Source: Halarcobacter sp. (lineage in GTDB: Bacteria > Campylobacterota > Campylobacteria > Campylobacterales > Arcobacteraceae). Taken from it: DNA of 64,000 nt. Below the pieces are notes generated by a model. It did no database searches, had not been told where the DNA came from, and saw only the letters and a list, made by a program, of their open reading frames with translations. Position numbers and translations under genes: made by a program. This document shows, one piece after another, positions 1 to 8,268 of this stretch; position 1 is the first letter of the stretch, and each line of letters begins with the position of its first letter. The stretch spans positions 640,001-704,000 of the forward strand of contig CP182352.1 of assembly GCA_048571215.1 (NCBI GenBank). The letters run 5' to 3'.

Positions 1-563
1 TTATTTGTAGGAATCTCTTCCCAAAGATTTGTGTAAGAACCAATAACATCTTCTAATCCCCAAAAGAAATGATATGTCCATTCAAATCCCTCTTTAGGAT
101 CTCCTCCTCGACCAAAAAAGTGAGGTTGCCATGGAGTATCAGTTGTAAGGCAAGGTACACCATTTAGTTCACATTGATCTGCAACTGGATTTGTTGTTGC
201 TGGAGTACTAGCAGCTATTACAATATCCACTTCATCATTTAATATTAGTTCAGATGCAACTTCAGAAGCTCGATTTGAATTAGATTGACTATCTTTATAA
301 ATAATCTCAACAGGATGCGTTGTGCCATTTATTGTAATACCATCTTTTAGTGCTTCTTTTACTTGATTTAATGTAAAAGTATCTGGCTCTGCAAATATCG
401 CTAATGGTCCAGTTTGAGGACTAACATAACCAATCTTAAAAGCTTTTCCTTTTTTACTAGATGCAGCAAAAGTGCTTGTTGCATTTAAAATTGTCATTCC
501 TCCAACAGCAGCTGTACCTAAACGCTTTAAAGCCTCACGACGAGTTAAAGTATTATTGTTCAT
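1..563 (-). CDS. ABC transporter substrate-binding protein, Leu/Ile/Val-binding (Peripla_BP_6)-like, with Tat signal; 3' end runs off the window
   Basis: Not in the ORF track; manual translation gives MNNNTLTRREALKRLGTAAVGG...FKIGYVSPQTGPLAIFAE...DSQSNSNRASEVA...WTYHFFWGLED. Twin-arginine TRREALK, IG..P.TGP and D.QS motifs; AAGGG RBS. Confidence 0.85.
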   Translation of the reverse strand, partial: MNNNTLTRREALKRLGTAAVGGMTILNATSTFAASSKKGKAFKIGYVSPQTGPLAIFAEPDTFTLNQVKEALKDGITINGTTHPVEIIYKDSQSNSNRASEVASELILNDEVDIVIAASTPATTNPVADQCELNGVPCLTTDTPWQPHFFGRGGDPKEGFEWTYHFFWGLEDVIGSYTNLWEEIPTN

Positions 564-602
564 CTTTTTTCCCTTATAAATGTATTTATGTCCTTCAAAA
601 TC

Positions 603-634
603 ATTATTACAAAAACTTATCGCTTCTTAATCGC
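603..634 (-). promoter_or_regulatory. GCGA direct-repeat box plus extended -10, upstream of the Tat SBP gene
   Basis: Minus strand GCGA ttaagaa GCGA taagtttttgt AATAAT; same spacing as five other sites. Confidence 0.7.
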
Positions 635-663
635 GAATTAAATTTTTTTTAAATCATTTAATA

Positions 664-695
664 GCGATAATTTCGCGAAACATTTTTGGAATAAT
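664..695 (+). promoter_or_regulatory. GCGA direct-repeat box plus extended -10, upstream of ORF 747
   Basis: GCGA taatttc GCGA aacatttttgg AATAAT. Confidence 0.7.
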
Positions 696-746
696 CTATT
701 CAACAAATCTTAATAAGTTTTGTAAATCAAATTAGAGGGAGAAGGG

Positions 747-1472
747 ATGAGTGTTAAGTTTGGTAAAGTATTTTTCTTTACAATATTTGTTTTTTTTAGT
801 TGTGTATCAGTATTTGCAGGTGAGTATAAAGCTTCATTAGCTCAAATGCCCGTATATGCTGAAAGTACAGACAAGGGTGTATTAGTTGATCTAACTAAGG
901 CTATTGAAAAAGCAAGTGGTGAGACTATATCTATAAAAGTGATGCCTTTTGCAAGTTCTGTTTATATGGCACAAAAAGGAAAAGTAGATTTTCATATGCC
1001 ACTAATCAAAAATGATACAATTAGTGAAGACAAACTACCTTTTATGTACTCAAATGAGACTATCTTTCATGTTAATTTTGTTTTATATACAAAAAAAGGA
1101 AGTGATGTAACTTTAGATAATTTATCAAGTAAAAAAGTTGAAACAGATAGAGCTCATGTAAACTACTTTCCTTTTGATATTAAACCAACAAACTCTATTG
1201 CAAAAAGTTTAGAAAAAGTTGAGAGTGGGGCAATAGATGCCTTTATTTTTGCAGATTTTGCTACAGATCCATTTTTAAAACAATCAGGTTCTAAAGATAT
1301 ACAAAGAAGTTTATATAAAGTGTTTGAGTCTAAAATTGTATTACCTAAAACACAAAGGGGTAAAGATGTTGATAAGATGTTAACAACTGCAATTGAAAAA
1401 CTAAGAAAAAGTAAAGAACTAGAAAAGATTATGCATAATATCGACTTACCTTACGATAATTGGCAACCATAA
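747..1472 (+). CDS. Periplasmic solute-binding protein (family 3 / PBP2-like), orphan
   Basis: Signal peptide (VFA|GEY); G.LVDL.KAI, GKVD, L..GAIDAFI and C-terminal L.KSKELEKI pattern typical of SBP_bac_3; no adjacent permease. Confidence 0.75.
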   Translation: MSVKFGKVFFFTIFVFFSCVSVFAGEYKASLAQMPVYAESTDKGVLVDLTKAIEKASGETISIKVMPFASSVYMAQKGKVDFHMPLIKNDTISEDKLPFMYSNETIFHVNFVLYTKKGSDVTLDNLSSKKVETDRAHVNYFPFDIKPTNSIAKSLEKVESGAIDAFIFADFATDPFLKQSGSKDIQRSLYKVFESKIVLPKTQRGKDVDKMLTTAIEKLRKSKELEKIMHNIDLPYDNWQP

Positions 1473-1476
1473 ACAA

Positions 1477-1501
1477 AATAAGCGGTAAAAAACCGCTTAT
1501 T
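1477..1501. terminator. Bidirectional intrinsic terminator between convergent genes
   Basis: Perfect inverted repeat aataagcggt-aaaaa-accgcttatt. Confidence 0.75.
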
Positions 1502-3161
1502 AATCTATCAAATCAAATGTTATATTAAAACAAGCACCTTTATACTCTTTTTTATTATATTTATATTGTTTATTGAACACTACAATTTTACCTTTATGTC
1601 GTTCATCTATTATATTTTGAGACATTGATAAGCCTAATCCAGTACCTTGATATTGATGTTTTGTAGTAAAATAAGGGTCAAATATTTTGTCAATAATATC
1701 TTCAGAAATCCCTTGTCCACTATCACAAATTGATAACTGAATTTTATTTGAATCAAGTTTTTTAGTTGAGATAAATATTAGTCTATCATTCTCTTTTTTA
1801 ATATTTTGTTTTAGGGCATCTTTTGCATTATTTAATATATTTATAAAAGCTTCAGATAACTCATTTTTATTTCCAAAAATCTTACCATCATCTTCTATAT
1901 CTAATATTAGGTTTATATAGTTGTGTTTTAATGAAGGGGCTATTAAATTTAATGATATCTCTATAACATCTTTTAAGAAAACTTCTTGAATTATATTTTC
2001 ACCTTTAATAAAGTTTCTAAAATTGTCAATTGTATTTGATAAATAATTTGACTGTTTCATTATAATCTCTACAGTTTCATTTATGTATTCTTTTGTTATC
2101 TCTCCAAATTCTGATTCTAGTTTGATTCCACTAGCTGAGGTTGTAATTACACTTAGAGGTTGTCTCCATTGATGGGCAATATTTCCTATCATTTCACCCA
2201 TAGATGCTAGTCTTGCTTGTTGCTCCATGATTTTTAAAGTGGAGATATTTTTTAAAGTTAAAAGAATTCTTTTCTTATCAGGTAATAAAGACATACTAAT
2301 ACTTACAGTTATTTTTCTATTTCCATTTACAATATAATCTTTTTCAAAATCTTTAGAATGACCAGTTTTTATAACTTGTTCTAAAGCATCTTGATTTCTG
2401 TCTCTATGTTCTAAGATAGTTAGTTCATTTGAACTTTTATTTAAAAGTTCTTTTTTTGTATAACCTGTCATCTCTAAAAAAGCTTTATTAAAGTTCAAAA
2501 AATTTGTTTCAAAATCGATAATTGCAATTCCATCTTTTGCATAATTAAAAATTGTTTCAAGTTCATTTTTTTTAGCTTCTAATTCATCTTTTAATTTTTG
2601 TTGTTTAGCTGATTCTCTCAATAGTTTTAAAGTATTTGTAGATAAAACTTTATACATTGACATTACTAGACTAGTTAGTTTTTTTGTATTGCCATCCATT
2701 CTTTTTTGAGCTTCTTTATAAGCTTCTTCATAAGATTTTCCTTTTTTCAATGACATAACCTTATATGCCATAAATCTATCTGATTCAAGGATGTGGGATA
2801 CTAACCATTGCACAAGAAAATCAAGTATATTCTCAGCAATCTCCTCTATAGTACTATTTTTTGCTTTTTTAATTAATTTTTTTAGTTCTTGTATAAAATT
2901 TTTATGAATTTTTTGATGTTTTATTTCACTTTCTTTATTATTTATATACTTATTCCAAATTGTTTCTTCTGAATTAAAATGGTAATTTGTATAATCGATA
3001 AGTTCATTAAATATATTATTAATATCTATAGAATTTGAATTGTATGCAAATTGTGTTGCTAAATTATTTATTATATCAACTAATTTTTTGTGTTGTTGAT
3101 CGACAATCTCAATGCCTGTATTAAAACTATCATTCCACGGAATAATATCAATTTTATTCAT
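1500..3161 (-). CDS. Cytoplasmic sensor histidine kinase: bacteriohemerythrin + PAS + HisKA + HATPase
   Basis: WNDSFNTGIEIVDQQHKKL, YHFNSEE, H..IH..F and WLVSHILESD hemerythrin ligands; PAS (N.AF..MTGY..EEL); H-box IAHQWRQPL; N-box NILNNAKDA; DSGQGI, FDPYFTTK, GTGLGL. Confidence 0.9.
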   Translation of the reverse strand: MNKIDIIPWNDSFNTGIEIVDQQHKKLVDIINNLATQFAYNSNSIDINNIFNELIDYTNYHFNSEETIWNKYINNKESEIKHQKIHKNFIQELKKLIKKAKNSTIEEIAENILDFLVQWLVSHILESDRFMAYKVMSLKKGKSYEEAYKEAQKRMDGNTKKLTSLVMSMYKVLSTNTLKLLRESAKQQKLKDELEAKKNELETIFNYAKDGIAIIDFETNFLNFNKAFLEMTGYTKKELLNKSSNELTILEHRDRNQDALEQVIKTGHSKDFEKDYIVNGNRKITVSISMSLLPDKKRILLTLKNISTLKIMEQQARLASMGEMIGNIAHQWRQPLSVITTSASGIKLESEFGEITKEYINETVEIIMKQSNYLSNTIDNFRNFIKGENIIQEVFLKDVIEISLNLIAPSLKHNYINLILDIEDDGKIFGNKNELSEAFINILNNAKDALKQNIKKENDRLIFISTKKLDSNKIQLSICDSGQGISEDIIDKIFDPYFTTKHQYQGTGLGLSMSQNIIDERHKGKIVVFNKQYKYNKKEYKGACFNITFDLID

Positions 3162-3247
3162 TAAAATCCTTATAAATACTATTATTATATAAATATAATA
3201 AATTATTAATTAATCATAAAAATATCAATAATAATTTAATAATTATT

Positions 3248-4009
3248 TTATAATAATTCTATTTTATAACCAGTATTATTTTGATTTATAATTAAATCTT
3301 TATGTATTTTATTCCTTAATCTAAAAAGCAAAGACCTAAAAGCGGCATATCCTGCTGGTTCATCTTGCCATATTGCATATTCTAATTGTTCTTGAGAAAT
3401 ATTTTGTCCTGGCGTTTGACATAAAACTTTTATGATTTTTATCTCTTTTGAGGTTAGTTTTACTGGATCATCCCCAAAATACAAAATCTCTTTTTCTTTA
3501 TCAAACAGATAACCATATTTTAGTTTGATAGTTCTTGATTTTGATTCTGTATTTAAAGATAATTTATGTTCTAAGGTTTTATTTATATTTTGTACAGCAG
3601 TTAAACTACTTTTATTTTTATTATCCTCATAGGATTTTTTTAGTGCAACTTCTATTGCTGCTTGAAGATGACTTTTTTTGTATGGTTTAATCAAGTATCC
3701 ATAGGCTAAAGTTTCAGAAGCTTCTTTTATTGTTGCAAGTTCAGAGTTTGCTGTTAAAAAAATAACAGGTACATTAGGTAAAATATTTTTTAATTCTTTT
3801 GCTAAAACTATTCCTGTTGTTGGACCTTGAAGATATATATCCATTAGAATCAAATCAGGTACAATTTTCTTTTCATTTAATAGTTTCATTGTATTACAAC
3901 GGTTATTTGCAATTCCACAAGGTTCATATTCCAACTCAGCTAAAACATGTTTTAGATTTAAAGCAATAATTGGCTCATCTTCAACTATTAAAATTTTTAT
4001 TTTACTCAT
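3248..4009 (-). CDS. Response regulator, REC + OmpR/PhoB-type winged-helix domain
   Basis: IVEDE, LMDIYL phosphoacceptor, FLTA, IKPY; C-terminal LTSKEIKII...IW...FRSLLFRLRNKI...GYKI. Confidence 0.88.
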   Translation of the reverse strand: MSKIKILIVEDEPIIALNLKHVLAELEYEPCGIANNRCNTMKLLNEKKIVPDLILMDIYLQGPTTGIVLAKELKNILPNVPVIFLTANSELATIKEASETLAYGYLIKPYKKSHLQAAIEVALKKSYEDNKNKSSLTAVQNINKTLEHKLSLNTESKSRTIKLKYGYLFDKEKEILYFGDDPVKLTSKEIKIIKVLCQTPGQNISQEQLEYAIWQDEPAGYAAFRSLLFRLRNKIHKDLIINQNNTGYKIELL

Positions 4010-5307
4010 TTAATCTCCTTTTTGGGAAATACAATATTGCATTCCAAACCATTATTATTTGTAAACTCTATTTTTCCATGTAATTGAAAATCAACTATAG
4101 AATGGATTAGTTGCATACCTATAGAATCAGCTTTTTCTAACTTATCTAAATCTTTAAGACCTTCACCGTTATCTCTTATTTTTACATGTATATCTTCACC
4201 TTTTAATCTCATATGAACACAGAGTAAGTTTTTTTTATCCTCTTTAAAGGCATATTTAAAAGCATTTACACAAAGTTCATGAAGAAGCATCCCTACTTGG
4301 ATAGATTTATTTATAGAAAACTCCATTTTATCGATATTTAAATCAACATCTATATGGGTATTATTTGAGATATATAACTCTTTTATATCTTCAATAAGTT
4401 TTTCAAGATACTCATTTACATTTATATAAGCTAGGTTTTCTCCTAAGTATAAAAATTCATGAACTAAAGCCATTGCATGGATTTTACTTCTACTCTCCTT
4501 CATCTGTTCTTTAAACTTTTCATCTTCCGATTTATATGCTTGCATATTAAGTAATGAAGAGATTATTTCCATATTATTTTTTACTCTATGGTGTATCTCT
4601 TTTAGCAAAATCTCTTTTTCTTTTACAGATTTTTGTAGCTCTTCATTCATATTTGTGATTTTATTTCTATTTGCAATCCTTTGGGTCATATCTCTAGCAA
4701 AAGCACAAATATACTCTTTATCATTGTAGATAAAGGAGTGACCAGAAACCTCCACTGGATATAAGGTCCCATCTTTTCTTTTATGTACTGATTCTATTCT
4801 CCAATTTGGAGTATTCTTTATCTCTTGCATACAAAAAGGTGAGGTCTGTCTTGTAAAGTTAGGGTCAACATCCTCCAAATACATATTTTCAAACTCCTCT
4901 TTTGAATACCCATCTAATTTGCAAGTGGCATTGTTAACATATATAAATTTTCCATCTAGGGTAAACCAATGTATGGCATCAACAGAATGATCAAGAGCAA
5001 ACTCATAGGGTGCCAATCTATCTTTCTCTTTTTGTTTTAAATCATTATATGCTCTTTCTATATTTTTAATAACTTTTTGCATATGGTTAATCATTAAATA
5101 AAGTATTATTCCTGTTGAAATAATAAATAAAATGCCAAAAGTTAGGGGACCTTGCTTGCTTATATCATTGTTTTCAAAAAAAATACTAACTAACTTATCT
5201 AGAAGGGTTATCCCCACTATTCCAACTAAAATAAAAGTTATAGAAAAACGTTTTGCTATTTTATTTGTATTAAAAAATCTTCTACTTATATTTAACATTT
5301 TTGTCAC
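4006..5307 (-). CDS. Membrane sensor histidine kinase, 2 TM + PAS + HisKA_2 + HATPase
   Basis: Two hydrophobic segments; PAS (YVNNATCKLDGYS...RKDGT.YPVEVS); LKEIHHRVKNN HisKA_2 H-box; ELCVNAFKYAF, DNGEG, SIGMQLI; overlaps the regulator start (ATGA coupling). Confidence 0.9.
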   Translation of the reverse strand: MTKMLNISRRFFNTNKIAKRFSITFILVGIVGITLLDKLVSIFFENNDISKQGPLTFGILFIISTGIILYLMINHMQKVIKNIERAYNDLKQKEKDRLAPYEFALDHSVDAIHWFTLDGKFIYVNNATCKLDGYSKEEFENMYLEDVDPNFTRQTSPFCMQEIKNTPNWRIESVHKRKDGTLYPVEVSGHSFIYNDKEYICAFARDMTQRIANRNKITNMNEELQKSVKEKEILLKEIHHRVKNNMEIISSLLNMQAYKSEDEKFKEQMKESRSKIHAMALVHEFLYLGENLAYINVNEYLEKLIEDIKELYISNNTHIDVDLNIDKMEFSINKSIQVGMLLHELCVNAFKYAFKEDKKNLLCVHMRLKGEDIHVKIRDNGEGLKDLDKLEKADSIGMQLIHSIVDFQLHGKIEFTNNNGLECNIVFPKKEIK

Positions 5308-5350
5308 CTTTTCAAAATTATATCATATAAATTTTTTTAAGTTAAACAGT

Positions 5351-5382
5351 GCGAATATTTCGCGAATAATTTTTTATATACT
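5351..5382 (+). promoter_or_regulatory. GCGA direct-repeat box plus -10, upstream of mdh
   Basis: GCGA atatttc GCGA ataatttttta TATACT. Confidence 0.72.
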
Positions 5383-5410
5383 TCAATAATTTATATATGA
5401 AGGGTAGCAA

Positions 5411-6346
5411 TTGAAGGGAAGTAAGGTTGGAATAGTAGGTGTTGGTAATGTTGGTTCAACTCTGGCATATGCACTAGCTACAAAAGGGGTTTGTGATTAT
5501 ATTTTATTAAAAGATATAAGGGGAAACTTCACAAAAGCAATGGCATTGGATATATCACAAGCTGCTAGTTCTGTTAGCTCTAAGACACTTATATTTGCAG
5601 TTGAAGAGGATAGTGAATTTAAAGATTGTGATGTGGTTGTAATAACAGCAGGCGTTGCAAGAAAACCTGGTATGAGTAGAGATGACTTACTAAATACAAA
5701 TGCTAAAATTATGAGTTCAATAATCAAAAGTGTCACTAAATACAATGAAAAAGCGATAATTATAATAGTATCAAACCCTTTAGATCTTATGGTTTATACT
5801 GCTCTTAAAATATCAAATTGGACACGAAATAAAATAATTGGTATGGCAGGTATTCTTGATAGTTCAAGAATGAACCATTTTATAAAAGAGAAATTAGGCG
5901 CTAAAAAAATCGAAACCTCTGTAATGGGTGGACATGGGGATGATATGGTTCCCTTAGTTGAATCAACAATGGTAGATGGTGTTTTTTTATCAAAACTTCT
6001 ATCAAAAGAGGAGATTGAGGAGATAATTGAAAAAACCAAAAGTGCTGGACTTGAGATTGTAAAATTACTAGAAACAGGATCTGCATATTATGCTCCTGCT
6101 CACTCAACAGCACTTATGGTAGAGTCTATTTTAAAAGATAAAAAAGAAGTTTATCCTTGTTCTGTAAAACTTAATGGAGAATATGGCTTTACTAATGTAG
6201 TAACTGGTGTCCCAATTATTTTAGGAAAAAATGGGATAGAAGAGATTATTGAACATAAGTTAAGTAAAAATGAAAAAGTTCAATTTTCAAAATCTGTTAA
6301 TTCTGTTATCTCTTTAATCGATAAACTTGATGCAAATGGAAAATAA
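5411..6346 (+). CDS. mdh: Malate dehydrogenase (LDH-like tetrameric type)
   Basis: GVGNVG Rossmann motif; TAGVARKPGMSRDDLL (Arg-type substrate loop); SNPLD, GILDSSR, GGHGDDMVP, GSAYYAP; TTG start. Confidence 0.88.
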   Translation: MKGSKVGIVGVGNVGSTLAYALATKGVCDYILLKDIRGNFTKAMALDISQAASSVSSKTLIFAVEEDSEFKDCDVVVITAGVARKPGMSRDDLLNTNAKIMSSIIKSVTKYNEKAIIIIVSNPLDLMVYTALKISNWTRNKIIGMAGILDSSRMNHFIKEKLGAKKIETSVMGGHGDDMVPLVESTMVDGVFLSKLLSKEEIEEIIEKTKSAGLEIVKLLETGSAYYAPAHSTALMVESILKDKKEVYPCSVKLNGEYGFTNVVTGVPIILGKNGIEEIIEHKLSKNEKVQFSKSVNSVISLIDKLDANGK

Positions 6347-6461
6347 ATATCCAATTTCAATCTAACAATTAAAAAATTTTTTTATTATAAATATTTATAA
6401 GTTTTATATATATTTTTTTTTGAAAAAAAGTTTAGAGTTTTTTTCATAATTTCTTTATTTT

Positions 6462-6493
6462 GCGATTATTATGCGAATTTTTTAAAGTAAAGT
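6462..6493 (+). promoter_or_regulatory. GCGA direct-repeat box plus -10, upstream of the meta-cleavage operon
   Basis: GCGA ttattat GCGA attttttaaag TAAAGT. Confidence 0.72.
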
Positions 6494-6546
6494 TTCCTTA
6501 GTTAAAAAGTTAATTACTTTTTAAATGTTTTAGGGAAAGGGAAATT

Positions 6547-6870
6547 GTGAAACATACAATCTTAGTAAAAAACAAGAATAGAAAACATACTTGTATTGAG
6601 ACTAAAAATCTTATGGATGGTTTGAATGTTTATGCAAACCTAGTTCCTAAAGGTTGTCATAACGGTGCATGTGGTGTGTGTAAAATTCATGTTCTAAAAG
6701 GGGAATATTGCTCTAAAGGAAAAATGAATAGAAAACACATAACTGAGGAAGAGGAAAAAAATAACATTGTTTTGGCGTGTAGAGTTTTTCCTAAAGGTGA
6801 TATGGATATAGAGTTTATTCCAAGAACTATACCAAGTATCAAGAAAAAAGTATATGTATTAGGTAACTAA
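6547..6870 (+). CDS. xylT: XylT-type [2Fe-2S] ferredoxin (C23O reactivation)
   Basis: GCHNGACGVC...KMNRKHITEEEE...VLACRVFP; directly precedes C23O. Confidence 0.85.
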   Translation: MKHTILVKNKNRKHTCIETKNLMDGLNVYANLVPKGCHNGACGVCKIHVLKGEYCSKGKMNRKHITEEEEKNNIVLACRVFPKGDMDIEFIPRTIPSIKKKVYVLGN

Positions 6871-6886
6871 ATTTAAGGAGAGTAAA

Positions 6887-7834
6887 ATGAGCGGTATTAT
6901 GAGAATGGGTCATATAGACATTAATGTTTTAGATATTAATGAGTCAAGAGAATATTATGAAAATATAATGGGACTAAGCGTTACAAGAGAAGATAGTGAT
7001 GGTACTTTATACCTAAAATGTTGGGATGAATGGGATAAATATAGCCTTGTTCTTAGACCAAGTGATGAGGCAACTTTTAACAAAGTGGGTTATAAAGTAG
7101 AAAAAGATTCAGATATCGATGATTTAAAAGCAAAAATAGAAGCTTATGGGATTTCAACTGAAATTTTACCAGCAGGAACTGTTGCAGAATGTGGAAGAGT
7201 TCTAAAATTTAACCTTCCAAGTGGACATGAGTTTAACTTATATGCAGAAAAAACTTTTATGGGGAAAGATGTTGGAGTTGTAAATCCAAGACCTTGGCCT
7301 TTTGAAGGAAGAGGTATAAAAGCTCACTGGATTGATCATGTATTATTGATGTGTGAGGGTCCAGAAAATGTTATGGCTTCTACAAAATTTTGTATGGAGG
7401 TTTTAGAGTTTAATTTAGCAGAACAAGTTACAGTTGGACCAGAAGGTTCTCTTCAAGCAGCAACTTGGCTTGCAAGAACTTCAACTCCTCACGACATAGC
7501 ATTTGTTGCTGGAGCTGAAACAGGTATGCATCATTTTGCTTTCTTCTTAGATGGATGGAATGATATTTTAAGAGCAGCGGATGTTATGGCTATGCATAAT
7601 GTAAAAATTGATGTAACTCCACAAAGACATGGTATTACAAGAGGTGAAACTATTTATTTCTTTGACCCATCAGGACATAGATTAGAAACATTTGCAGGAT
7701 TAGGTTACCTAATGCAACCAGATATGCCAACAGTTACTTGGACTGAAGATGAATTATGGAGAGGAATCTTTTACCATACTGGTGCAGAAGATGGAGCATT
7801 TACAACTGCTTATACATTATCCGCATATAAATAA
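6887..7834 (+). CDS. xylE: Catechol 2,3-dioxygenase (extradiol; resembles subfamily I.2.C)
   Basis: YLKCWDEWDKYS, WIDH, PHDIAFV, HHFAF, RHGITRGETIYFFDPSG.R.ETFAGLGY; His/His/Glu Fe(II) triad present. Confidence 0.95.
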   Translation: MSGIMRMGHIDINVLDINESREYYENIMGLSVTREDSDGTLYLKCWDEWDKYSLVLRPSDEATFNKVGYKVEKDSDIDDLKAKIEAYGISTEILPAGTVAECGRVLKFNLPSGHEFNLYAEKTFMGKDVGVVNPRPWPFEGRGIKAHWIDHVLLMCEGPENVMASTKFCMEVLEFNLAEQVTVGPEGSLQAATWLARTSTPHDIAFVAGAETGMHHFAFFLDGWNDILRAADVMAMHNVKIDVTPQRHGITRGETIYFFDPSGHRLETFAGLGYLMQPDMPTVTWTEDELWRGIFYHTGAEDGAFTTAYTLSAYK

Positions 7835-7842
7835 GGAATTTT

Positions 7843-8268
7843 ATGATTTTAACAGTAACTGAAAAATCTATATCAAGACAAGCTTCAAACCAAGCTTGTC
7901 TTTTGGCAATAGAAAAAGCAGAAGAATTAAATATAAAAATAAATGTTTCAGTTGTAGATAATAAAGGCTTGGAAATGGCTTTTTTAAGAATGGAAGATGC
8001 TTTTATACACTCAATTGATATAGCTAAAGATAAAGCATATACAAGTGCAAGTTTTGGTTTTCCAACAGATACCTGGACTACTATTTTCAAAAGCATGCCG
8101 CACTTGGAACAAGGTTTTTCTAATAGAGAAAGACTTGTTCCATTTGGAGGAGGTCTGCCGATTTTTGAAAATGGTATCAAAATTGGTGCTATTGGTGTAT
8201 CAGGTGGAACTGAAGAGGAAGATATTATATGTGCAAAATATGCAATTGAAAAAATAGGATTAGAATAA
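7843..8268 (+). CDS. GlcG/HbpS-family heme-binding protein (NahX-like)
   Basis: VSVVD..G...FLRMEDA...SIDIAKDKAYTS...FGGGLPI...IGAIGVSGG.EEED. Confidence 0.85.
   Translation: MILTVTEKSISRQASNQACLLAIEKAEELNIKINVSVVDNKGLEMAFLRMEDAFIHSIDIAKDKAYTSASFGFPTDTWTTIFKSMPHLEQGFSNRERLVPFGGGLPIFENGIKIGAIGVSGGTEEEDIICAKYAIEKIGLE

Noticed and set aside
461..652. 63-aa plus-strand ORF
   Set aside because: Antisense to the real Tat SBP gene and its promoter; no motif
5351..5365. Reading the GCGA box as a palindrome (GCGAA-tat-TTCGC; also 664-676)
   Set aside because: Only two of six sites have this palindrome, while the 11-bp direct repeat and -10 spacing hold for all six
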